Positions 46,965 to 56,400 of a stretch of 64,000 nucleotides of DNA are shown here, piece by piece (the stretch's first letter is position 1; every line of letters starts with the position of its first letter). Below the pieces are notes generated by a model that had not been told where the DNA came from, made no database searches, and worked only from the letters and a program-made list of their open reading frames with translations. A program made the position numbers and the translations under genes. The stretch covers positions 101,841 through 165,840 of the forward strand of contig CAVXQQ010000019.1 of NCBI GenBank assembly GCA_963763835.1, read 5' to 3'. The stretch comes from Bryobacterales bacterium. Lineage in GTDB: Bacteria > Acidobacteriota > Terriglobia > Bryobacterales > Bryobacteraceae.

Positions 46965-48688
46965 CGCGACTATTGATCTCCGCCGCGCTCCTGGCATCTG
47001 TAGTGAGCGGCAGCGAGCTGCGCGAGACAATCGAACGCTATGACGCCGACCGCCGCGCCGTCGGCCATCCTTACCGGGTGTGCCCGTCCGGCCACGGGAG
47101 CGGTTACCGGCATTTCGGCGAGTGCTTCGCGGAGCCTTCCGACGCGCGGCGCACGCGGCTCCGCGCGTTTTACCAGGAGTCGCTCGATCGCCTCAAGGCG
47201 GTGGACTTCGACAAGCTGAGCCAGGAGGGCAAGGTCGACTATCTCCTGCTCCAGAACCAGATTCGTCGCGAGTTGCGGCGGCTGGATTTCGAAGCCAAGC
47301 GGCTGGAGGAAACCGCGCCTTACACGCCCTTTTCCGAAGCCATCTTGAAGCTGGAAGACGCCCGCCGGCGAGTCGAGCCTGTCGATGCAGCCAAAGCCGC
47401 GGCCGCCGTCGCAGCCATTGGCGGACAAGTCGCGGAAGCTCGGAAGCGGTTCGACGAGAAACGCGAAGCCAAGGCGCTGGCCGTCCGCGCGGCAGGCGAA
47501 GTCGAGAAGCTGCGCACGATCCTCGGAAACTGGTTCGCCTACTACGACGGCTACGACCCGCTATTCACCTGGTGGGTGGAGGCGCCGTTCAAGGAGACCG
47601 ACAAAGCGCTCGAGGACTACGCCAAGTTCCTGCGCGAAAAAGTCGCCGGTCTCAAGCCCGACGAAGTCGCCGGCGCTCCCATCGGCCGCGAGGCGTTGCT
47701 GAGCGAGCTCGCGTTCGAGATGGTGCCTTACACTCCGGAAGAGCTGATCGACATCGCCAACCGGGAGGCCGCTTGGTGCGAGGCGGAGCTGAAGAAGGCC
47801 GCGCGCGAAATGGGATTCGGCGACGACTGGAAGAAGGCGCTCGAGCAGGTCAAGAACCACCACGTCGAGCCCGGCCGCCAGCCCGCTTTGATCCGCGACC
47901 TGCAACAGGAGGCGATGGACTTCATCGATAAGCACAACCTGATCACCGTGCCGCCGCTGGCGCGCGAGGACTGGCGCATCCAGATGATGTCGCCGGAGCG
48001 GCAGTTGGTGAATCCGTTCTTCACCGGCGGCGACGACATCGACGTTTCCTATCCCGTGAACAGCATGACCCAGGAGCAAAAGCTCATGTCGATGCGCGGG
48101 AACAACGTCTCGTTCGCCCGCGCCACCGTCTTCCACGAACTCATACCGGGCCACCATCTCCAGGGCTTCATGGCCGAGCGCTACCTGCCGTACCGCCAGG
48201 CGTTCGACACGCCGTTCTTTGTGGAAGGCTGGGCGGTCTATTGGGAGCTGACGCTCTGGAACCTCGGCTACGACCAAACGCCGGAGCAGCGCATAGGCGC
48301 GCTCTTCTGGCGCCTGCACCGCTGCGCGCGCATCGTGTTCTCGCTCAGCTTTCATCTCGGAAAGATGTCGCCGCAGGAGTGCATCGACTACCTGGTGGAC
48401 CGCGTGGGCCACGAGCGCGCCAACGCCGTCGCCGAAGTGCGCCGTTCGGTGGCCACCGACTACGGGCCGCTCTACCAGGCGGCCTACCTGCTGGGCGCCC
48501 TGCAACTGCGCGCTCTGCGCCGCGAACTGGTCGAATCGGGCAAAATGTCCGATCGCGAATTCAACGATGCGGTCCTGAAGGAGAATGCCATCCCCATCGA
48601 GATGATTCGCGCCGCGCTCACCGGTCAGAAGCTGAGCCGCGATTTCCGGTCGTCCTGGAAATTCTATGAAGACGGCCCCGCCCACTGA
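46961..48688 (+). CDS. DUF885-family protein (putative metallopeptidase-like)
   Basis: Signal peptide MTRLLISAALLASVVSG and FHELIPGHHLQ, typical of DUF885. The ATGA overlaps the preceding stop. Confidence 0.85.
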   Translation: MTRLLISAALLASVVSGSELRETIERYDADRRAVGHPYRVCPSGHGSGYRHFGECFAEPSDARRTRLRAFYQESLDRLKAVDFDKLSQEGKVDYLLLQNQIRRELRRLDFEAKRLEETAPYTPFSEAILKLEDARRRVEPVDAAKAAAAVAAIGGQVAEARKRFDEKREAKALAVRAAGEVEKLRTILGNWFAYYDGYDPLFTWWVEAPFKETDKALEDYAKFLREKVAGLKPDEVAGAPIGREALLSELAFEMVPYTPEELIDIANREAAWCEAELKKAAREMGFGDDWKKALEQVKNHHVEPGRQPALIRDLQQEAMDFIDKHNLITVPPLAREDWRIQMMSPERQLVNPFFTGGDDIDVSYPVNSMTQEQKLMSMRGNNVSFARATVFHELIPGHHLQGFMAERYLPYRQAFDTPFFVEGWAVYWELTLWNLGYDQTPEQRIGALFWRLHRCARIVFSLSFHLGKMSPQECIDYLVDRVGHERANAVAEVRRSVATDYGPLYQAAYLLGALQLRALRRELVESGKMSDREFNDAVLKENAIPIEMIRAALTGQKLSRDFRSSWKFYEDGPAH

Positions 48689-50156
48689 CGCGGGATTCCA
48701 CCGCGGGCTGGGACCGTTCGACGCCACCATGCTGGTGATGGGCGCGATGATCGGCTCGGGCATTTTCATCGTGCCCGCCGACATGGCGCGGCGCATCGGC
48801 AGTCCGGGCTGGCTGCTGGTCGCATGGGTGCTCGCGGGCTTGCTCACCATAGCGGGCGCGCTCTCCTACGGGGAACTGGCGGCCATGATTCCGCGCGCCG
48901 GGGGCATGTACGTCTACCTGCGCGAGGCGTTCAGCCCGCTGTTCGGCTTCAGCTACGGCTGGACATTCTTCACCGTGATCCAGACCGGCTCGATCGCCGC
49001 GGTGTCGGTGGCGTTCGCGCGGTTTCTGGGCGTGTTGTGGCCGGCCGTCGCCGAGGATCATTACCTGATCGCCCCGGCCCGCCTGGTCGGCGGATACGCC
49101 GTTTCGCTCTCCAGCGTGCAGCTCGTCGCCATTCTGGTGATCGCGCTGCTCACCTGGACCAATACGCGCGGCCTGCGCTACGGCAAGCTGGTGCAGAACG
49201 TTTTCACGACCGCGAAGATCGGCGCGTTCGTCGCGCTGATCGCCGCCGGGCTGCTGCTGGGATGGAACGCGGGGGCGGTGCGCGACAACTTCGGCCGGTT
49301 CTGGCAAACGCGCGGCTACGAGCCGATTGCCGCCGGGCTCGACGCCGCCACCTGGTTCGGTCTGTTCGTGGCCATTTGCGTGGTGCAGACCGGCTCGCTG
49401 TTCGCCGCCGACTCCTGGCACAACGTCACCTTCACCGCGGGCGAGGTGAAAGAGCCGCGCCGCAATCTGCCGCTCTCGCTGGCGCTGGGATCGTCGCTGG
49501 TCATCACGCTGTACCTGCTGGCGAACGTGGCGTATCTGGTGACGCTGCCGCTCGCGGCGATCCAGCATGCGCCCTCCGATCGCGTCGCCACCGCCGCCCT
49601 CGAGGTGATCCTGCCCGGCTCCGGCACCGCGATCATGGCGCTGGCCATCATGGTTTCGACGTTCGGCTGCATCAACGGCCTGATCCTGGCGGGCGCTCGC
49701 GCCTACTACGCCATGTCGCGCGACGGCCTGTTTTTTCGCGCCGCGGGCGAATTGAACCAGGCACGCGTGCCGGGCGTGTCGCTGGCCCTGCAGGGCATCT
49801 GGGCGGCGGTGCTGGTGCTGCCCCGGGTGTACGATCCGGTGGCCGGCAAGTACGGGAATCTCTACAGCAACCTGCTCGACTACGTGATCTCAGCGGCGCT
49901 GCTGTTCTACATTCTGACGATTCTGGGTTTGTTCCGGCTGCGGCGTACGCGGCCGGATGCGGAGCGGCCCTACCGGGCATTCGGGTACCCAGTGGTGCCC
50001 GCCCTCTACGTCCTGGGAGCAGGTACCGTGCTCGCGGTGCTCTTCGTCTACCGTCCCGCTACGACTTGGCCGGGTTTTGCGATTGTGCTGCTCGGGCTGC
50101 CGGTGTACTGGCGGATTCGATCCACTGCAGCACCCGGTCCAGAGCCGCGGCCGTAG
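48666..50156 (+). CDS. APC-superfamily amino acid permease
   Basis: 496 aa with 12 predicted TM segments and MLVMGAMIGSGIFIVPA...SYGELAAMIPRAGGMYVY. Confidence 0.9.
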   Translation: MKTAPPTDAGFHRGLGPFDATMLVMGAMIGSGIFIVPADMARRIGSPGWLLVAWVLAGLLTIAGALSYGELAAMIPRAGGMYVYLREAFSPLFGFSYGWTFFTVIQTGSIAAVSVAFARFLGVLWPAVAEDHYLIAPARLVGGYAVSLSSVQLVAILVIALLTWTNTRGLRYGKLVQNVFTTAKIGAFVALIAAGLLLGWNAGAVRDNFGRFWQTRGYEPIAAGLDAATWFGLFVAICVVQTGSLFAADSWHNVTFTAGEVKEPRRNLPLSLALGSSLVITLYLLANVAYLVTLPLAAIQHAPSDRVATAALEVILPGSGTAIMALAIMVSTFGCINGLILAGARAYYAMSRDGLFFRAAGELNQARVPGVSLALQGIWAAVLVLPRVYDPVAGKYGNLYSNLLDYVISAALLFYILTILGLFRLRRTRPDAERPYRAFGYPVVPALYVLGAGTVLAVLFVYRPATTWPGFAIVLLGLPVYWRIRSTAAPGPEPRP

Positions 50157-50997
50157 CCTTGTCCAGCGAGGCGCCCGGAGGACGCGTCCCCGCCCACGCG
50201 ATCGCGCCGCGCCTGCGCAGCACTTCCTTGCGGATCGCCATGCCGATTCCTTCCTGGAACTCGAATCGCATCAGCGGCACGTTGCGATAGAAGATGTCAG
50301 CAGCGCCGTCGACATCGCCGGAGCGGAACAGCCGGTAGATCTCCACCAGGACTTCGGGGAACGCGAATCCCGTCATCACGCCCGCGGCGCCGCTCATCAG
50401 TTCCTCGAGCATGAAGACTCCGCCGAGGCCGCCCAGCACGCCGATCTCGACGCCTTCCGCGCGCGCCAGAATCTGCGCGGTTTTGAGTGGAGTGGGCGGA
50501 TCCTCGAGCTTGATGGTTCTGGCGAGCGGCGTCTCGCGCGCGATCCGTGCCAGCAGCCACGGCTCCATCGTGTAGCCGGAGATGGGCGGATAGTCCTGCA
50601 CCACGATCGGCATCTCGACGGCCTCTGCCAAAGCTGCGAAGTGCCGCACCACGGCGTCGGAGTTGATCTTCGGCATGCGCGGCGGGCTCACCATGATCGC
50701 GGCGGCACCGGCCTCTCGCGCGGCCTTGCCGTACCCGATCGCGAGGCCCAGGCCCTCGGCGGTCGCGCCGGCGATGACGGGAACGCGGCCGCCCGCCGCC
50801 TCGATCACCGTTTCGAGAACCAACGCGCGCTCGCGTTCATCCAGGCGCGCGACTTCGCTCGTGACGCCCAGCGCCGTGAGCCCGTTGACGCCCGCTGCGA
50901 TGAAAAGATCGACCACCCGGCGGAGGCTCTCCGCATCCACGCTGCCATCGGCGAGGAACGGCGTCGGCAAAACCGAATACACACCTCGGAATTTCAC
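50059..50997 (-). CDS. dihydrodipicolinate synthase/N-acetylneuraminate lyase family protein
   Basis: FRGVYSVLPTPF...GVNGLTALGVTSE...IKLED (Schiff-base Lys context). GTG start at 50997, preceded by GAAGGAG. The 3' end overlaps the permease gene convergently by 98 nt. Confidence 0.8.
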   Translation of the reverse strand: MKFRGVYSVLPTPFLADGSVDAESLRRVVDLFIAAGVNGLTALGVTSEVARLDERERALVLETVIEAAGGRVPVIAGATAEGLGLAIGYGKAAREAGAAAIMVSPPRMPKINSDAVVRHFAALAEAVEMPIVVQDYPPISGYTMEPWLLARIARETPLARTIKLEDPPTPLKTAQILARAEGVEIGVLGGLGGVFMLEELMSGAAGVMTGFAFPEVLVEIYRLFRSGDVDGAADIFYRNVPLMRFEFQEGIGMAIRKEVLRRRGAIAWAGTRPPGASLDKATAAALDRVLQWIESASTPAARAAQSQNPAKS

Positions 50998-51008
50998 AGT
51001 GGGCTCCT

Positions 51009-52151
51009 TCAAAGAATCGCGGTCTCGCACAACAGGCGGCTCTCAACGAAGCGCGCCAACCCGAGTGCTTCGGTGTCCACCAGGCTCGAGCGCCCGTCCA
51101 GAATAAGATCGGAGAGAATGCGGCCCGTCGCCGGCGAATGCATCACTCCGTGGCCGCTGAAGCCGTTGGCCAGCCAGAAGCCGGGCACGCCCGGCGCGGC
51201 GCCCAGAATGCAGTGGTGGTCCGGCGTCATTTCGTACAGGCCGGCCCAGACGCGCTTGGGATTCACCTGCGCATCCGCCAGGCAGGGAACGCGATCCACC
51301 CCTCGGGTCAGCACCTTCTCGACGAAAGCGGAGTCGACCGACATCTTGTATCCCGGCCTTTCCTCCGGATCGTTCCAGGCCAGCAGCAGACCGCGCCCCT
51401 CCGGCCGGAAGTGGAAGCCGGTCGACATATCGACCACCATGGGCGAAGAGTGCGAGATGCCGTCGAACGGCTCGGTCGGCGCCAGCATACGGCGCAGCGG
51501 CGCCACCGGCAAATCTACGCCGGCCGTTCGCGCGATCGGAGCCGCCCACGCGCCGGCGGCGTTGACGACGTTCCGCGTCGAGATGAACCCGCGGCTCGTC
51601 AGGACGCCATCCGGCCGGACCTCGAGAGCCTCGACACCACGGAAAAGCCGCACGCCACGCTCGATAGCGCGCCTCAGGAAGCCGCTCATGACGCTGTGAG
51701 GATCGACGAAACCGTCCGACGAGCAGAAACTCCCGCCCAGCACATCGTCGCTGCGCAATTGCGGAACGAGGCGCTGGACGTCCTCCGCCTTGAGCAATTC
51801 GACGTTCGCCAGGCCCAGCGCAACCTGGCGATTGTAGTTGGCGCGCAGGGCATCGAGGTGCCCAGGCTCGGTGGCCACAAACAGATAGCCCTGGCGGCGA
51901 TAGCCCGAGGGATGGCCCGTCATCTCCTCGAAATCCTCGAGAAACGGAATCGAGTAGAGAGACATCCGGATGTTGGCTTCGGTGGCGAACTGGGCGCGCA
52001 CGCCGCCCATGCTCTTGCCCGTGGAGCCTTTGCCGGGGTGCGATTCGCGCTCCAGAATCACGACGTCGCGGCAGCCTCGCTCGGCCAAATGCCAGGCAAT
52101 ACTGCAGCCAACGATCCCCGCGCCGATGATGACCACGTCCGCCGACGACAT
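51009..52151 (-). CDS. FAD-dependent oxidoreductase (DAO family; sarcosine/D-amino-acid oxidase-like)
   Basis: N-terminal VVIIGAGIVGCSIAWHLAERG dinucleotide fold; 380 aa. Confidence 0.85.
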   Translation of the reverse strand: MSSADVVIIGAGIVGCSIAWHLAERGCRDVVILERESHPGKGSTGKSMGGVRAQFATEANIRMSLYSIPFLEDFEEMTGHPSGYRRQGYLFVATEPGHLDALRANYNRQVALGLANVELLKAEDVQRLVPQLRSDDVLGGSFCSSDGFVDPHSVMSGFLRRAIERGVRLFRGVEALEVRPDGVLTSRGFISTRNVVNAAGAWAAPIARTAGVDLPVAPLRRMLAPTEPFDGISHSSPMVVDMSTGFHFRPEGRGLLLAWNDPEERPGYKMSVDSAFVEKVLTRGVDRVPCLADAQVNPKRVWAGLYEMTPDHHCILGAAPGVPGFWLANGFSGHGVMHSPATGRILSDLILDGRSSLVDTEALGLARFVESRLLCETAIL

Positions 52152-52204
52152 GTCCCAGCCCCTCAGGCGCAGGTTTGGAAAGTCCCCTCGCGCCCCTTGT
52201 ATAC

Positions 52205-52210
52205 ATTATA
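52205..52210 (-). promoter_or_regulatory. candidate -10 box (TATAAT on the minus strand) inside an AT-rich near-palindrome
   Basis: The reverse complement of ATTATA at 52205-52210 is TATAAT, about 54 nt upstream of the oxidoreductase ATG. It sits inside TGTATACATTATAGTATGCA. Confidence 0.3.
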
Positions 52211-52335
52211 GTATGCACGCCGTCCGCGCACGAAAATCCGGCGCGGTGGGGACCTGGATGTCGCGTAGCCGAACTGGGTGGTGCGTCGAGACTCCGATTT
52301 CGTCCTGCCATCTGGCAGATGGGACACTGGACATC

Positions 52336-52797
52336 ATGACCAGGACACGTGCTCCCCGTCGAAAGGCTGGATTCCTGAAGCACCATGCCCTCAGCCTCGC
52401 CGCGATTAGCATTTTGCTTTTGTGGGTTGCCCTGTATCTCTACAGCGACCCGAAGACGCATGGCGGTTCGTTTTTCGGCAATGCCATAGCGGACTGGACG
52501 GGTGTGGTTGTTACCGTGGTTGCGACAAAATACTTCTACGAGATCGGCTCAGCGGAGAGCAGACAGCCGGGCCGCCGCTTCCGCAGCCGCCTCCTCGAGA
52601 CCATCCGAGACCATTCGCTGACTATTTTTCTGGTGCTCACGGGAGCGGGATGGACATTGCTCTACTTGAGAATGGATTCCGAAGGCAAGTGGGGACAGGT
52701 AGTGGGAAACATCGTGTCGGAGTGGACGCAACTCCTGGGCCTTGTCGTCCTGACGAAAAAGTTGATCGAGGAAAAATCGAAGGAGAGCAAGCAGTAG
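52336..52797 (+). CDS. membrane protein (DUF6766-like)
   Basis: Start at MTRTRAPRRKAG within ORF 51970-52797. Three or four TM segments and a charged C-terminus, LIEEKSKESKQ. Confidence 0.55.
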   Translation: MTRTRAPRRKAGFLKHHALSLAAISILLLWVALYLYSDPKTHGGSFFGNAIADWTGVVVTVVATKYFYEIGSAESRQPGRRFRSRLLETIRDHSLTIFLVLTGAGWTLLYLRMDSEGKWGQVVGNIVSEWTQLLGLVVLTKKLIEEKSKESKQ

Positions 52798-52876
52798 CAG
52801 CCCGGCGGCGGTGTGACATGCCGGCAAAAGCCGTGCCCGAATCACCCAGGACGGTTGGCCGGCAACTCGGACAGCT

Positions 52877-53070
52877 TCGATAGTCCAGGTCTATTGGTTT
52901 GACGACACCGGCCGCGGCGAGGTACGCGTTCCGGCGTCCTGGCGCGTTCTTTACAGAGACGGGGACGCCTGGAAGCCGGTCGAGAGCGCGGGCCCCTGGA
53001 ATAACCCGCACGGCGGGGGCCATGGCCGAACTGCGCCCCCAAGGGGCAGGCTGGTTCGGCGCCGCCATCC
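52877..53070 (+). pseudogene. remnant of the C-terminal beta-sandwich tail of a glycoside hydrolase-type gene
   Basis: SIVQVYWFDDTGRGEVRVPASWRVLYRDGDAWKPVESAGPW, followed in another frame by AELRPQGAGWFGAAIQ. No start codon and no upstream homologous sequence. Confidence 0.45.
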
Positions 53071-53180
53071 AGGCGCGACGCTACTCGCTCCTTCTCACCA
53101 GACGGCCACCCAGGGGCTGAACGGGCCCGAAAACATCGATCTCTTCCGGCGAGATCTCCGTCGGAGTCTCGAACACGATC

Positions 53181-53268
53181 CTGGACCCGCTTTCTCGCTG
53201 GTGAACCAGGCCGACCGGGGGCGTCGGCCGCGGATCAGGGGGTCCGCCCCACGCCAAAAGTATACGGC
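53181..53268. repeat. family F composite palindromic element
   Basis: CTGGACCCGCTTTCTCGCTGGTGAACCAGGCCGACCGGGGGCGTCGGCCGCGGATCAGGGGGTCCGCCCCACGCCAAAAGTATACGGC, matching 15006-15093. Confidence 0.7.
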
Positions 53269-53403
53269 CAGCCACCCAGGGACCTGCAACTTGCAGATTC
53301 CAGGAGGCCGTAGCAGGTTCGAGTCCCACCCGCGCGAGCCTGGCGAGACTTTTCCCCCTGACTCCCACTACGATCTCAGCGCACCGGCTGGCGCGCTCTC
53401 ACG

Positions 53404-56400
53404 ATGACCACCTCCCGGTTCCGACGATTCCGCACCCTCGCGGCGCTGGCTTGCGCGTTTGCGGCTCCAGCCTGGTCGCAGGAGTATGCAATCTCGACTT
53501 ATGCCGGCGGCGCATGGCCCCTGCTGCCGGCCGAGGGACCGTCCATTTCGGTCGGCTACCCACGAGCCGTCGCCCCGGATGGCCGCGGAGGTGTTTACTT
53601 TACCAGCACCGGCCTCAACGGCGCGTTCAAACTGGATGCCGCCGGCAGCCTGACCGTGGTGGCAGGCAATGGGAAGCCGTCGAGCTGGTTCCAGAACAGC
53701 CCGGCCAATGGCGCCTACATAGGATCTCCCCAGGGCCTCGCGGTGGACGCCGCCGGCAACCTCTACCTGGCCGACACCGATACCAACCAGATTCGGAAGG
53801 TCGATGCCAACGGGACCCTTAGTACGGTGGCCGGCGGGGGCCATCTCGATCCGGGAGACGGCCAGCAGGCGACCCTCGCCCAGTTGTTCTCCCCCGCGGA
53901 CGTGGCTCTGGACGCAGCCGGCAACCTCTATATCGCCGAAACGCGGGGCCGCGTCCGCAAGGTGGACACGCACGGAATCATCACCACCGTGGCAGGCACC
54001 GGCGCTCTGGTAGGAAGCGCCATCAACGGCAAGCCTGCCGCGCAGGCGCATTTCTCCCGCCCCACGGGCCTGGCCGTCGATGGTGCAGGGAACCTCTATG
54101 TCGCCGATGCCGCCCTCTACTACGTCTACAGGATCGACCCGAAGGGCGTCATCACCGTCGCGGCGGGCAACGGCACGCTGGTCTTCACCCCCGACGGAGG
54201 GCCGGCCGCCAGCGCCGGGATTTGCCCTCAAGGCAGTCTGGGGGCAGACGCGGCAGGGAATCTCTACATCCCCGACACGCTCACCAACAGCATTCGCAAG
54301 GTTGATGCGCAGGGCATCCTCACCACGGTTGCCGGCAGCCCTGGCTCCTTCGGCTTCGGCGGGGACGGCGGGCCGGCTACCAGCGCCGTCCTGTCCTCGC
54401 CCCAAGACGCCGCTCCCGACGCAGGCGGCGTGCTCTGGATCGCCGACAGCTCCAACTTCCGCGTCCGCAAGGTGGATGCCGCCGGGGTCATCGCCACCGC
54501 GGCAGGCCTCTCCGGATGGGCCTATGCCGGCGATGGCGGTGTGGCCACCAGCGCGATGTTGAGCGCCGTGTCCGGAGTCGCGCTGGATCCGGCCGGCAAT
54601 CTCTTCATCGCCGACACGAACAATGCGCGCATTCGCCAGGTATCAACGGCTCACATCATGACTACCGTGGCGGGTAACGGAATCATCGGGAACTCCGGCG
54701 ATGGCGGCCCGGCTGCGAGCGCGCGTCTGTTTACGCCGTCGAGCGTAGCGGTGGATTCCGCCGGCAACGTCTATTTCGGGGACCTCGGCCGCGTGCGCAA
54801 GGTTGACGCGACCGGGGCCATCGACACCGAGCTGACAACCACGCCCGGCCGTACCCCCGCCGTCGCCGTCGACCCGTCCGGCAACCTCTACGTGGCGGAC
54901 GGCGACCTGGTCCGCAAAATCGACAGCTATGGGACCGCCACCACCGTGGCGGGCACCGGAACGGCGGGCTACTCGGGCGACGGCGGAGAGGCCACCCAGG
55001 CCCAGTTGTCCAATCCGACGGGCACGGCGCTTGACTCCGACGGCAATCTCTACATAGCGGACCTGGGCAACGCGCGCATCCGCATGGTCGATCCGGCTGG
55101 GAACATCCACACCGCCGCCGGCAACGGCACGTACGGTTACTCGGGCGACGGCGGCGAGGCTACCAGCGCCCAGTTGTGGGACCCGGCCGGCGTCGCCGTG
55201 GATTCCGAGGGCGCCCTCGTGATCGCGGACGGCAGCTACGTCCGCCGTGTGGACCGGATGGGGATCATCACCACCATCGCATCCGGGCTGAGCGGCGCCG
55301 TGGGAATCGCGGCGGGCGCCGGCATCCGTCTCTACGTTGCGGAGTCGAACAACGACGTTGTGCGTGTGCTGGTGCCCCCGATTCCGGACCTGGTGGTCGC
55401 CGTGACGCACTCGGGCCGCTTCGCGCCGCGCGAGACCGGCGCCGTTTACGCCATCACCGTGGGCAACGCAGGAGCAAGCCCCACCAGCGGCACGGTAACC
55501 GTGTCCGATACTCTGCCTGCCACCTTCACCGCCACTGCCATGAAGGGTACGGGCTGGAACTGCACTCTCGCCCGGCTCACCTGCACCAGGGCCAACGCGC
55601 TGGATGGCGGTTGGAATTACCCGGCCATCACGCTGACCGTCAACATCGCCGCCAGCGCCCCGGCGAACGTCACCAACATCGCTACGGTTTCGGGCGGCGG
55701 TGAGACGTACACCGCCAACGACACCGCTCTCGATCCGACTTCTGTCGGCCTGCCCGCGGACCTGACTGTCGCTGCGACGCACGCGGGCACTTTCACCCAG
55801 GGGCAAACCGGAGCGGCCTACACCATCACGGTGGGCAATTCGGGAAGGGGCCCCACCAGCGGCGCCGTCACGCTGACGGATACGCTGCCCGCGAAGTTGA
55901 CCGCCACGGCGATGAGCGGCACCGGCTGGAACTGCACCCTGGCCACCCTCACCTGCACGCGAACGGACGCGCTTGCCCCCGGCGCGAGTTTCCCGCCGGT
56001 CGCGCTGACGGTGAACGTCGCCGCAGATGCACCGGCCAGCGTCACCAACACCGCCACGGTTTCCGGCGGCGAGGAGACCAACACCGCCAACGATACGGCT
56101 TCGGACCCGACTACCGTCGGCACGCCCGCGGACCTGACTGTCGCTGCGACGCACTCCGGCAATTTCACTCAGGGACAAACCGGCGCCGTCTACACCATCG
56201 TTGTGAGCAACCGCGGAGGGACCGCCACCAGCGGCAGCGTCACCCTGACCGACACGCTGCCGCCGAAGTTGACCGCCACGGCGATGAGCGGCGCGGGCTG
56301 GAACTGTACCCTGGCCACCCTCACCTGCACGCGAACGGACGCGCTCGCCCCCGGCGCGAGTTTCCCGCCTGTCGCGCTCACTGTAAACGTCGCCGCAGAC

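Noticed and set aside
53290-53345. Possible tRNA gene suggested by GGTTCGAGTCC
   Set aside because: Only 3 of 5 T-stem base pairs form, there is no complementary 5' acceptor strand within 100 nt, and no convincing anticodon arm is present. It is kept only as a possible remnant in the findings.
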